A stretch of 64,000 nucleotides of DNA from the IMG/VR virus record IMGVR_UViG_3300034117_002447, positions 62,001 through 126,000 of that record. One strand, 5' to 3'. Under the pieces are notes generated by a model that worked only from the letters and a program-made list of their open reading frames with translations, searched no databases and was not told the DNA's origin. Of this stretch, positions 55,700 through 64,000 are shown piece after piece. A program made the translations under genes and the position numbers. Within the stretch, counting starts at the first letter, position 1; each line of letters opens with the position of its first letter.

Positions 55700-56150
55700 T
55701 GCGTCCCAAAGCTTAGAGGCGCGCCCTACTACTCTAAGAAATTATACTACTCTAAGAAGAAACTCTATAGGCAAGACTCTGTCTACTTATATACATAAAA
55801 AGAAAAATAACGGGTATACCAGACCCTATACCCAACCCTATTCAGAACCCTATCCTATAGACCCAGACCTAGACTAGCCAAGACCAAGGTACCGGACTCT
55901 TACCTAGGCCAGGACCCGGACCCCAGCCTGCCCAGCCAACCACCGGCCTACTCGGGACTAGGGAGTACAGGCAGCTGGCAGCGCCCAAAGGATACAGACT
56001 GTGCATTTATGGGGACTAGGGAGTAACCCCTGCCTCGGCTCCGCGGCCCGACCGGAAGCCCCAGAGTCTAGAGGGGCCCGAGTAGGCGGGGTCTAGCCGG
56101 AAACCGCGGGAACCCGGGCCCGTGGACTTCTCGACCAGCAGCTGGGTACC
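55700..56150. other. Non-coding, strand-skewed, partly GC-rich region (candidate origin/terminus/packaging site)
   Basis: Direct repeat ACTACTCTAAGAA x2, CCC tracts, divergent gene orientation, first ACTAGGGAGT copies. Confidence 0.45.
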
Positions 56151-56165
56151 CGGATAAATAACCCC

Positions 56166-56804
56166 ATGGAACAGGAACAAACACAAGAACTAAGACCCTT
56201 CCCTAGCGGGGAACTCATGTACAAGAAGCAGGCCGCGGAATTCCTAGGGGTTTCGTTGAAGACTCTAGAAGGTTACGTAGCCCAGGGCCGGGTGGATAAG
56301 TGGAAGAACTCTATAAACGGGCGGACCTACTACGACAAGCAGCAGCTACTCTACCTACTAGGGAGTAGACTACCTCAAACTCGAGAGGTGATAGTATACT
56401 GCCGGGCGGCTGGAATCCCGGACCAGGGCAAGGCCGGTGTCTCTAGCCAGAAGCGGCTGCAGGCTCAGCAGGACAGGGTCCTAGAGTACTGTACCCGGGC
56501 CGGGATCAGGGTAGACCAGGTTATAGGGGATATCGGTAAGGCCGGTAGCCTAGAAGGTAGGGGCGGATTCGACAAGATTATGGAGTCTGTCCTGCGCAAG
56601 CGGGTCTCGATGGTTGTTATGGAAACCCCGGACCGGATGGCTCGTTTTGCTGGTGCAGATCTATTCGAGAGATTCCTAACCTGGCACGGTGTTGAATTAC
56701 ATGTTATACAAAAAACCCTGCACAGACAAGAGTACAGGGACGAGATTAAAGACGACCTTACTAACCTTATACTTGAGGCCAGGAATCTGATGGGGGAATT
56801 GTAA
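56166..56804 (+). CDS. IS607 TnpA-like protein (MerR-type HTH + serine-recombinase domain) with disrupted active-site motif
   Basis: AAEFLGVSLKTL HTH; VYCR-[AAGIPDQGKAG]-VSSQK; DRMARF; no tnpB. Confidence 0.75.
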   Translation: MEQEQTQELRPFPSGELMYKKQAAEFLGVSLKTLEGYVAQGRVDKWKNSINGRTYYDKQQLLYLLGSRLPQTREVIVYCRAAGIPDQGKAGVSSQKRLQAQQDRVLEYCTRAGIRVDQVIGDIGKAGSLEGRGGFDKIMESVLRKRVSMVVMETPDRMARFAGADLFERFLTWHGVELHVIQKTLHRQEYRDEIKDDLTNLILEARNLMGEL

Positions 56805-57276
56805 TCCGGACCTCTTCGCCTACAGTAGAGAGACTGAAGCCTGATGGGCTAAGGTTACCATAGTACTCCAGGTAGTATTGCGTCCGTGGACTACTCATTT
56901 CATCCTGAGTCTCCACCACTGGTTCGCTATAGATTGCTTCATCCCTTCTGCCCCATTCACGTAGTAGGACTGCAGCTTTAGAATTAGCTTCATTCTCCAG
57001 GTCTGACCCATCCGAACCATCCATCTGCTGGCCCAACTCGCGCTGGCGCCAATGTACCAATTCATGGGCTAGGGTCCGGTACCAGTCAGCTGCTACCCGG
57101 AGTCCGCGTAGTACCCAGATCTGGTTATCCACTGGTGTATAGTAACCCATAGCTCGGACCTGCTTGGCCTTGTTATGGTCGTCGCCTATGCTGATATTGG
57201 GGCTGGTCTCGATCTCCAGTTCTTCTATACAGAATCTGATAAAATCAAGATCCTCTGCTGCTAATTCCTTTTTCAT
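56767..57276 (-). CDS. HEXXH metallopeptidase-like protein
   Basis: RTLAHELVHWRQ...ENEAN. Confidence 0.7.
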   Translation of the reverse strand: MKKELAAEDLDFIRFCIEELEIETSPNISIGDDHNKAKQVRAMGYYTPVDNQIWVLRGLRVAADWYRTLAHELVHWRQRELGQQMDGSDGSDLENEANSKAAVLLREWGRRDEAIYSEPVVETQDEMSSPRTQYYLEYYGNLSPSGFSLSTVGEEVRITIPPSDSWPQV

Positions 57277-57405
57277 AAGGTTATTTATTTCCGGCGGTTG
57301 AAGGTTACTGTGCGCGAAAACCCCTCGAGCTGGGGTAGGGTCCAGAACCCATGCCGGGACTGCACGGATTTTGGGATTAAATAATAAGAAAATATAATAT
57401 CACTG

Positions 57406-57549
57406 ATGGCTAAAGCAAAAGCGGGAGCTACCGGTTCTGTACACAGACCGAGCTCTAAACGTAAACGTCCGGGCGTGCATGCAAAGAGCAAGAGCTCTCG
57501 CAGCAAGGCGGCTAAGAACTACCTTAAGAGATCAGTTGGTCAGGGGTAA
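57406..57549 (+). CDS. Small basic protein (47 aa), not in ORF track
   Basis: MAKAKAGATGSVHRPSSKRKRPGVHAKSKSSRSKAAKNYLKRSVGQG; TAAATAA upstream, terminator downstream. Confidence 0.7.
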   Translation: MAKAKAGATGSVHRPSSKRKRPGVHAKSKSSRSKAAKNYLKRSVGQG

Positions 57550-57579
57550 TGGGACTAGGGAGTGATCCCTATTCACACA

Positions 57580-57609
57580 AAAAAGGGGTCCCTTCTGAGG
57601 ACCCCTTTT
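57580..57609. terminator. Bidirectional terminator
   Basis: AAAAGGGGTCC-CTTCTGA-GGACCCCTTTT between convergent genes. Confidence 0.85.
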
Positions 57610-57635
57610 AGGGTAGTCATAGTTGTATTTAGTGT

Positions 57636-58754
57636 TTAGATTTGAGCTAATCCTGCGTGCTCAAGGTCCCATGTTTTAGTGAAGAGGCTTCCACCCGCTA
57701 CCTTGAAGTTTTTATTGTTCTTCAGGTCGAAGATTGTATCGTGACTTCCAATCCATGTCAACTCGTTAACAACGTCCCAGATAGTTGCATCAGTCTTGAT
57801 GAACTTCTTTTGAGCATCGGTCAACTGCATAGAGTTAAAGCCTGCACGGAAGATTCGTTTGGTTGCCGCATCGTACTCTGGAAAGAATTGTTCCTCAGCT
57901 CCACGTACTAATTTAGCGTGCATATCGAAATTTTTATTATCGATAGCTCCAGTTACCGAGTGTAGAGCTCGCTCAACTTCGGCGTAGCTTGCTTTGGTTA
58001 CCATTGCTCGCTCCAATCTGTCTTGGAAAGTTTTAGGTACGAACCCGGTCTTGGCCCAACCATTCATTTGGTCTAGCAACTTGCGGAAAGCATCGTCGCC
58101 GTTTCCAAACTCGAACGCAGTGTTTAGGTTTCTAGCGACTGCACCGTTTGCGCATGACAGACGGTAGAAGAAATCGTCCACTCGACTTGCGGTTCCGGTA
58201 TTTACCAAGGATACTCCGAATCTGAAGACCTCGTCCTTACCGATTCTCTCGTAGCCAACTTGGCTGCCGTGGATAAGGTTTATACTTACTCCGCCTGGCC
58301 CGTTGTTGTCGATTGACTCGATATGCATGTCCGGGATTTCATTCATCATGGTCTCGGCTGTCGCGAATAGAGTCTCATTAGACAATCTATTGTACTTATC
58401 AGCTCGGACAATATTGGTTACCTGATGGCTTCCAGCGTCTCCGATAAGAAGGAACTCTTTTGCTCCGTCTCTGGTTTCTGAATAAGACTTTATAGTCTGC
58501 AACAACTTGGTCTCAATATCCTTGTCCTCGTTCTTGTTCATCTTATTGATTAGGCCGGCGTTAAGGTTAACCATTTGACCTAGTCTATTAAAGAACTTGT
58601 TGGACACAGGGACACGTGAACCCTCTATCTCGATAGAGTTGTGTTTGATTGAATTGTCGTTAAGGACAATATCAGATAATTTTACGCGTTTCACTAGTGG
58701 ATTGTTTCCTGCTAGGTCCGCTTTGGCTTGATCGAATTGCGATTGACTTATCAT
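57636..58754 (-). CDS. DUF932-like phage protein
   Basis: YNRLSN, FGVSLVN, FYRLSCANG, WDVVNELT. Confidence 0.6.
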   Translation of the reverse strand: MISQSQFDQAKADLAGNNPLVKRVKLSDIVLNDNSIKHNSIEIEGSRVPVSNKFFNRLGQMVNLNAGLINKMNKNEDKDIETKLLQTIKSYSETRDGAKEFLLIGDAGSHQVTNIVRADKYNRLSNETLFATAETMMNEIPDMHIESIDNNGPGGVSINLIHGSQVGYERIGKDEVFRFGVSLVNTGTASRVDDFFYRLSCANGAVARNLNTAFEFGNGDDAFRKLLDQMNGWAKTGFVPKTFQDRLERAMVTKASYAEVERALHSVTGAIDNKNFDMHAKLVRGAEEQFFPEYDAATKRIFRAGFNSMQLTDAQKKFIKTDATIWDVVNELTWIGSHDTIFDLKNNKNFKVAGGSLFTKTWDLEHAGLAQI

Positions 58755-58809
58755 TTTCTATTTGTTTTTTATAAGATTAATATACTAAATTTTCTTCAAC
58801 AGTTTCCGA

Positions 58810-59943
58810 CTATTCTACTTCAGTTGCGGTCGGGGTCTCGTCAGTTGCTGGGCGTTTTACGCTTAGGAAAAGATTGTTGAACTCTCCTTCCAATCGTTGA
58901 CGGCGGTCAGACTCTTGTTCCGCAAGATCTGCTACAACATTCTCCTGTCTCCATGCGTTCTCGTCCCATTTAACCTCTCCGTCTACTAGGGAGTAGTACA
59001 ATCGCTTGCCGACTAGGCTACCTCCACGGCGGTTCTTTGTAAATTCAGCGTAGCGGCGGCCGGCTTCGTCCTTGCGGATTTCCATCATGCTTGTGGTTGC
59101 GTGTTTGAGGTAGGTCGAGCCTACGTACTGTCCGCCTTTAGTCATGTGTTGGATTGCAAAGATTGCTTTTCCTTTCTTGTCCGCAGCTTCGATGATGAGG
59201 TTAGTTAACCATGTCTCGGCTTTGGTACTCTTCCAGCCTAGAACATCTTTCAGCTTTACAATAATGTCTTGGTGCGAGTCGATTAGGATTACGTCGTAGT
59301 CTCCGTTGATTGCCTTCTCCAAGGTCTTGTCGAAACGACCCATTAGATAATCCATAATCAAGAGGGTTGGGATTGTCTCGATGATCGGCATCTTTCTGTA
59401 ATAGAAGTAAAGATCGTTACGTGTCATTTCACTTGAGATGTAGAGGACCTTCGCATCCGGTTGCTTCTGTTTAATCTTAGCTAAGAGGTCTAATGTAATA
59501 GTTGACTTACCAACTCCCGACTCTCCGATAACAATATTGGCAGTACCAGCGAATACTCCTCCTTCTTCGTCATGGTCAGACATTAACTTGTCGAACACAG
59601 ATCCAGTTAAGAACTTCTTGAAGTCTGGAAAATCCATTGCTCCAATCTCGAAGATCTCTGGCTCGTCGCTGATCTCAACGTCTGCGTCTGCTTGGGCTTC
59701 GGCGGTTGGACGTGCGACAGTGCTTTGGCCTGGACCGGGGACTAGGGAGTCTCCCGTCTCGAAGCGTAGTTTCTTAATTACGCCGTTAAATAATCCGTAT
59801 GATATTCCTGTGCAGTCAGCTTCTTGCGTCATGAACTGCGTGTACAGTTGCTGTACGGTTAGGTTAGGAACTCGGCCGTTGTGGTGGCGCTCGAAGAAGT
59901 TTCTAACAGTTAACTCTTTTTTTCCGATTTTAAGTTCTTGCAT
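58810..59943 (-). CDS. RadA/Sms-like RecA-family ATPase
   Basis: GESGVGKST, VLYISSEM, ILIDS, HMTKGGQYVGSTYLKH, KNRRG. Confidence 0.8.
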   Translation of the reverse strand: MQELKIGKKELTVRNFFERHHNGRVPNLTVQQLYTQFMTQEADCTGISYGLFNGVIKKLRFETGDSLVPGPGQSTVARPTAEAQADADVEISDEPEIFEIGAMDFPDFKKFLTGSVFDKLMSDHDEEGGVFAGTANIVIGESGVGKSTITLDLLAKIKQKQPDAKVLYISSEMTRNDLYFYYRKMPIIETIPTLLIMDYLMGRFDKTLEKAINGDYDVILIDSHQDIIVKLKDVLGWKSTKAETWLTNLIIEAADKKGKAIFAIQHMTKGGQYVGSTYLKHATTSMMEIRKDEAGRRYAEFTKNRRGGSLVGKRLYYSLVDGEVKWDENAWRQENVVADLAEQESDRRQRLEGEFNNLFLSVKRPATDETPTATEVE

Positions 59944-60009
59944 AATTATTTTGGTTTGATTGTTTATACTAATGTACTACAGTTTTATCTATTTGGGCTA
60001 CAGTTTTCT

Positions 60010-60177
60010 CTAAAAATAGAGGAACTCTACAGCCTCAGCGAATTCAAACATTCCTTGATCTTCGAACATTGTGTAGGCTCCGTCTGCGTCAGACATTGCG
60101 ACTACCTCCATTACTTGGAATACGACGTCCTCGCCGAATAATTCCTTTGCTTCGTCTATTGCTTCTTGTGTTGCCAT
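60010..60177 (-). CDS. Small acidic protein (55 aa), not in ORF track
   Basis: MATQEAIDEAKELFGEDVVFQVMEVVAMSDADGAYTMFEDQGMFEFAEAVEFLYF. Confidence 0.65.
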   Translation of the reverse strand: MATQEAIDEAKELFGEDVVFQVMEVVAMSDADGAYTMFEDQGMFEFAEAVEFLYF

Positions 60178-60190
60178 GATCCTTTTGGTT

Positions 60191-60448
60191 TTAGTGGTTA
60201 ATAAAGAATTGAGTTTCTACTTTAGCGCTTCTCCAATCTCCCGCTAAGAGATCCCAGAACACGATTACAGATGGTGGCGTTTCTCGTACGCCCTGTGGGT
60301 GTTTATCCGCGGGGATGTGGTTCAAATTAGTGGTTCCCATTACTTCTCTTAGGGATCCATCTTTCTTTACGAAGAAGAACTTCGTGATTGCTACGTGGAG
60401 TCTTTGTTTTAAAACTTCCGGTGTGATTGGCTGAAATGATGTCTGCAT
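60191..60448 (-). CDS. SH3-beta-barrel (WYL-like) phage protein
   Basis: FVKKDGSLREVMGT, FWDL...WRS. Confidence 0.75.
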   Translation of the reverse strand: MQTSFQPITPEVLKQRLHVAITKFFFVKKDGSLREVMGTTNLNHIPADKHPQGVRETPPSVIVFWDLLAGDWRSAKVETQFFINH

Positions 60449-60550
60449 ATTGGTTTGTTTTTAATTGATTAATATAGTACAAATATAAGCAGAAACTTTG
60501 ACACTAAAAAATTATTTGTGAATTATTTTTAAAAAAAGTTATTAACAATT
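60449..60550 (-). promoter_or_regulatory. Repeated early-promoter cassette (Bacteroidota TAnnTTTG type), copy 1
   Basis: AATTGTTAATAACTTT...TATATTTG...TATATTAATCAATTAAAAACAAACC-ATG. Confidence 0.7.
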
Positions 60551-60698
60551 GAGTGTTCATAACTTCTGGGTACCACGTAGGTCGGAGTCTACCCTCTGCG
60601 CTTGTTAGGCGAACCGTTTAATTATAGAGTAAATATACAAAAAAAACCCCGAATCTAAAAAATCCGGGGTTAATTATTTTCGGGAAAGTTATTAACAA

Positions 60699-60911
60699 TT
60701 AGTGGGCTGGTATTTCAAGTTCGTGGTCTCCGACCTTTACTGTTTGGCCTATGAACTCTCGACTTGAACCCATCTTTACACGACCGCCGTACTCGAAGTC
60801 TAGGTCTATGTCTGCTTTGGATTTGGAAAGAATCTTTATCATTTCCTTTGGGTCTTTAACGCAGGTCTCTTGACCTTTTGTTTCGATGTATAACCTTAGA
60901 ATCTCTTTCAT
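60699..60911 (-). CDS. Hypothetical protein
   Basis: ORF with A-rich start. Confidence 0.55.
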   Translation of the reverse strand: MKEILRLYIETKGQETCVKDPKEMIKILSKSKADIDLDFEYGGRVKMGSSREFIGQTVKVGDHELEIPAH

Positions 60912-60953
60912 AAGAATTAATTATTTGATTATATTTAACCGAGAAAAGAACCC

Positions 60954-61343
60954 CTATCCGAGGTTCTCTAATTGTTGACGTTGATCTTGGGTTAAAGAAT
61001 CAATTCCGTTTTTCGAGATGAGGTCTAACAACTCGTCCATTGTATAGACTCTTTCGGTCTCGTGAGGAGTTGGAGTTGAGGTCCCCATTGCTTTGTGGAT
61101 TACTTGTATAAGTTCTTCCGGTAACTCGATATTGATATCGTTGAATCGAGCTAAGATGAAGAACGCTCCGGTCTCCTTGATGTCATCGCATACCCGATCC
61201 AAATTAGAATCTGTATTGAATACTGAAAGGATCGCGCCTGGGACAGGAACGGCAACTGCTTGACCAACGATGTGTGGTGCTAATGCTCTTGATACTACTG
61301 GACTTGGTGCTTGTCCGAATCTAACTAAAACTAATTTTTCCAT
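60954..61343 (-). CDS. Hypothetical protein
   Basis: C-terminal MDELLDLISKNGIDSLT (DUF6576-like). Confidence 0.6.
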   Translation of the reverse strand: MEKLVLVRFGQAPSPVVSRALAPHIVGQAVAVPVPGAILSVFNTDSNLDRVCDDIKETGAFFILARFNDINIELPEELIQVIHKAMGTSTPTPHETERVYTMDELLDLISKNGIDSLTQDQRQQLENLG

Positions 61344-61442
61344 GGTTTGTTTTTTAATTGATTAATATAGAGTAAATATAAAAAGAATCTTTGAGACTAA
61401 AAAACTTTTTCACAATTATTTTCAACTAAAGTTATTAACAAT
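61344..61442 (-). promoter_or_regulatory. Repeated early-promoter cassette, copy 2
   Basis: Near-identical to 60449-60550. Confidence 0.7.
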
Positions 61443-61448
61443 TTGAAG

Positions 61449-61757
61449 TTAAGCGGACGGTCCGCCAGGAGAAGAGGTCGTAGTAGGAGGAGCAGCGGTC
61501 GTAGTTGTTGTCGTAGCCGCCGTGTTGAGATCGTTGATAGACGCAATACCGGTTCCACTGTTCATAGCTGTCTCGAGCAAGGTCAGCTTGGCCAACGCGT
61601 CGGCCGGGCTGGGCGTTACGAAGTCTATTGTGTATCCGCCGACAAGAGCAATACGGATATTGTTTTCTCCAGAATTATATTCAATTACCTGAACCTGGGC
61701 TGGGGTAAACTCTAGAATTCGGGTACCCATTGTAAGTTTAATTAATGCAACTGCCAT
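61449..61757 (-). CDS. Hypothetical protein with Thr/Pro-rich tail
   Basis: TTTTTTAAPPTTT. Confidence 0.6.
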   Translation of the reverse strand: MAVALIKLTMGTRILEFTPAQVQVIEYNSGENNIRIALVGGYTIDFVTPSPADALAKLTLLETAMNSGTGIASINDLNTAATTTTTTAAPPTTTSSPGGPSA

Positions 61758-61936
61758 TTGTAATAAGTATTATCTTTTATATCTTATACTAAGAAACCAG
61801 AAAAGGGCTCCTTTCGAGAACCCTTTCTTTATCAACTGATCAAACCAATAATCAATTATTAATATTCTTCTTTCTTGAAATTGTACAGGATAGCTACTAT
61901 AACTAGGATTCCTGCTAGGATACACATTGGCATAGG

Positions 61937-62206
61937 TTAGTGGTTTACGGGTTTATAGGTTGGATCTAATTCGTCAGCTAACTTCTTCAAGTCAGCGCAT
62001 TTCTCGAACTCTTCGTTCTTCTCAAAATGTTTTATCATAGTCCATATTGCTTGAGTCTTATCTTCAACTGGACTCTTATCATGTATTACATCTTTAAATT
62101 CTCCAGTCAAGGCTTCGTACAAGCGATTCATAAAGGCCGAGTAATCCGTCTGTCTTAGATGGATGAGGTCCAATAGAATCTTTGTATAATTATTTAAGTC
62201 TGACAT
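61937..62206 (-). CDS. Hypothetical protein (UVR-like C-terminus)
   Basis: FEKNEEFEKCADLK. Confidence 0.6.
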   Translation of the reverse strand: MSDLNNYTKILLDLIHLRQTDYSAFMNRLYEALTGEFKDVIHDKSPVEDKTQAIWTMIKHFEKNEEFEKCADLKKLADELDPTYKPVNH

Positions 62207-62295
62207 AACCTTTTTATTTATTTTGGCTATATCTATTATACTAAAAAAGGGGTCAAAGATTCTCGCCTTGACCCCTTTAGTTAAAAGATGGATTA

Positions 62296-62556
62296 TTATT
62301 GTTCAGTTAAACACTCTTTGCATAGACTCGAGAACTCGTTAATACTCTGTGTAAAGTACGGTCCGTCGAATCCGTTTCGCTTGGCAATGATTGCGTTCCA
62401 AAGCGGTTCGGATTCCGTATGGTAATTGACATCTTCAAAAGAATCGTGCAATTTTTCCAAGTCTTCTAGAGAAGTATCCACTGTTACTTCCGAGCCAGCC
62501 TTTAGCATTCCGTCGTAGTCGAAGTTGTGCGACCATTTGTTTCCTAATTTATACAT
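62296..62556 (-). CDS. Hypothetical protein
   Basis: ORF with A-rich start. Confidence 0.6.
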   Translation of the reverse strand: MYKLGNKWSHNFDYDGMLKAGSEVTVDTSLEDLEKLHDSFEDVNYHTESEPLWNAIIAKRNGFDGPYFTQSINEFSSLCKECLTEQ

Positions 62557-62574
62557 GGTTTTAGATTTTAAATA

Positions 62575-62790
62575 TTAGTTACTGTTTTTCTTGGCATTTT
62601 CCAGACAGGCTTGGAACTCTTCTTCGGTTAAGAAGTCTGAATCTTCTATAACCAGCTTCTTTAAGGTTGCTGCCTGGATCTCTTTTACTAGGGAGTCCTT
62701 ATCTACCTTACCTTTAAATAGATCTCCTTCTGCAAAGAGTATATCTACCGCCATCTCGGCCATGGTACTTGCGTGTTCCATTGTTAGCAT
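62575..62790 (-). CDS. Hypothetical protein
   Basis: Coupled to the sigma gene. Confidence 0.55.
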   Translation of the reverse strand: MLTMEHASTMAEMAVDILFAEGDLFKGKVDKDSLVKEIQAATLKKLVIEDSDFLTEEEFQACLENAKKNSN

Positions 62791-63512
62791 GATACTACCT
62801 CCTTTCTCATTTGCGCTCTAGCAACTTTAAGAGAACGATTTACTTCTGATGGAGTCTTACCAATTAACTCTGCAATTTCTTTTGTTGATAATCCATCGCC
62901 AACCAATCCATAAAATAACTCTACGATTTGGCGATCGCTTGCTTTTAATTTGCCAAGTAATCGGGCAAGAATCATGTCTCTCTCTTGGTTCTCGAATGGA
63001 TCAGCGAAATCGGTCTTAAGAATCAAGTCGCCGATTGTTGTTGCACTGTCCTCGTCCCCGACTGGTTTGTCAATCGCAACGTTAGTAAGATTGATTTCTT
63101 CGCCTTTCATTTTACGTTTGTAAAGATCGTATTCCTGATTTACTGGAATTCTAACGGTTCTTCCCAAGTCGCAAAGAGCAAGGTTAAGACGCTTGCGAAT
63201 CCAGAACTGAGCGTAAGTAATAAACTTAACATCTTTGTCTGACGTAAACTTGCGAGCGGCTTCGATTAGACCAGCGTTTCCTTCTTGGATGAGGTCATCG
63301 ATTGGCAGACCCATACCAATAAACTTGTTGGCTAAGGTTACAACGAACTTAAGGTTCGCGGTGACTAGGGAGTTAAGCGCTTCGTCATCTCCTAACTGGA
63401 TTCTGTCAGCTAACGCTCCTTCTTCGCATTTACTTAACGGTCTAGCCAATCCGTCCAGGCTTTTAAAGTATTGGGGTAGTCCCGCACTTGTTTCGAATCT
63501 TGTATTTTTCAT
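62784..63512 (-). CDS. RNA polymerase sigma-70 factor, RpoD/RpoS-like
   Basis: LVTANLKFVV, DLIQEGNAGL, KFITYAQFWIR, RTVRIP; start moved to MKNTRF. Confidence 0.92.
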   Translation of the reverse strand: MKNTRFETSAGLPQYFKSLDGLARPLSKCEEGALADRIQLGDDEALNSLVTANLKFVVTLANKFIGMGLPIDDLIQEGNAGLIEAARKFTSDKDVKFITYAQFWIRKRLNLALCDLGRTVRIPVNQEYDLYKRKMKGEEINLTNVAIDKPVGDEDSATTIGDLILKTDFADPFENQERDMILARLLGKLKASDRQIVELFYGLVGDGLSTKEIAELIGKTPSEVNRSLKVARAQMRKEVVSC

Positions 63513-63600
63513 GGTTTGATTTTTTAATTGATTAATATGATACAAATATAAAAAGAATAATTGATATAAAAAAATATTTTATGACTTATTTTTAAAAAGT
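63513..63600 (-). promoter_or_regulatory. Repeated early-promoter cassette, copy 3
   Basis: TATATTTG...ATATTAATCAATTAAAAAATCAAACC-ATG. Confidence 0.7.
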
Positions 63601-63612
63601 TTTACTAGGGAG

Positions 63613-64000
63613 TTAAGCAGCTACTTCCTCTTGGCTGTTTCGGACGAACGCTTTGTCTGCCCAAGTCTTAGCGTTACACAGTCTGTAATTAGTTTGACTG
63701 TATAGATTACTATTAGACCAGTCCTGATTGATATCGCCTACCTCCATTTCAAGAAACATTGCAGTATCCATTAGGATTATCGTGTTACCTTTGCGGGCGA
63801 AGACAGTTAACCATGTATTAAAGCCTTCCGCTCTGAACTCGATGGTTTGTAAAGCTCCCTTCTTGAATCCGCGGAAAACATCCATTGCTGTCTTCCAGCT
63901 TGCGCCGCTAGACCATTTAGACTGGATTCCATGGTCGTTTACTACCGTCATGAATCCGGCCTGAACTTTAACGATTGCGCGGTATTCGCCTGCTTGACCT
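63613..64000 (-). CDS. Hypothetical protein, 5' end beyond the window
   Basis: Frame remains open upstream of the ATG at 63951 to the window edge. Confidence 0.6.
   Translation of the reverse strand, partial: GQAGEYRAIVKVQAGFMTVVNDHGIQSKWSSGASWKTAMDVFRGFKKGALQTIEFRAEGFNTWLTVFARKGNTIILMDTAMFLEMEVGDINQDWSNSNLYSQTNYRLCNAKTWADKAFVRNSQEEVAA

Larger units (their letters stand above)
55957..63613 (+). repeat. Dispersed, co-oriented 10-mer ACTAGGGAGT (9 copies)
   Basis: Starts at 55957, 56015, 56357, 57554, 58985, 59741, 62687, 63364, 63604. Confidence 0.85.

Noticed and set aside
55689-55877. 62-aa ORF in the skewed region
   Set aside because: Low-complexity PY repeats derive from the CCCTA DNA repeats; no A-rich start context.
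56166-56804. Active IS607 insertion sequence
   Set aside because: No tnpB, disrupted catalytic motif, and expression signal of phage type.
57285-57506. Minus-strand 73-aa ORF
   Set aside because: Antisense to the better-supported basic protein at 57406-57549.

Overview
AT-rich segment of a jumbo/large tailed phage genome, almost certainly infecting a Bacteroidota (Flavobacterium-like) host. Evidence: T4-like two-subunit topoisomerase II, a T9SS C-terminal sorting domain, TAnnTTTG-type promoters and A-rich Shine-Dalgarno-less starts. Most genes are on the minus strand. The window holds an RNA-repair/tRNA-maintenance module (RNA ligase, CCA-adding enzyme, HD hydrolase, phosphoesterases, SmpB) and 20 tRNA genes, 18 of them in one array at 14447-17404. 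It also holds five tRNA-shaped RNAs with aberrant cores, several structured non-coding RNAs, a plus-strand cell-envelope island, about 13 proteins sharing a T4-like capsid-targeting N-terminus, two sigma factors and a GC-rich origin-like region flanked by a polarised 10-mer. The most striking observation is a 43-codon leader ORF, missed by the ORF track, with a mutually exclusive antiterminator/terminator directly upstream of the tRNA array. Its first 35 codons contain a cognate codon for every tRNA in the array and lack Leu, Arg, His and Cys, none of which the array encodes. This suggests a ribosome-stalling attenuator that turns on phage tRNA synthesis when any host tRNA is depleted. All calls come from reading the sequence by eye; no database searches or folding programs were run.
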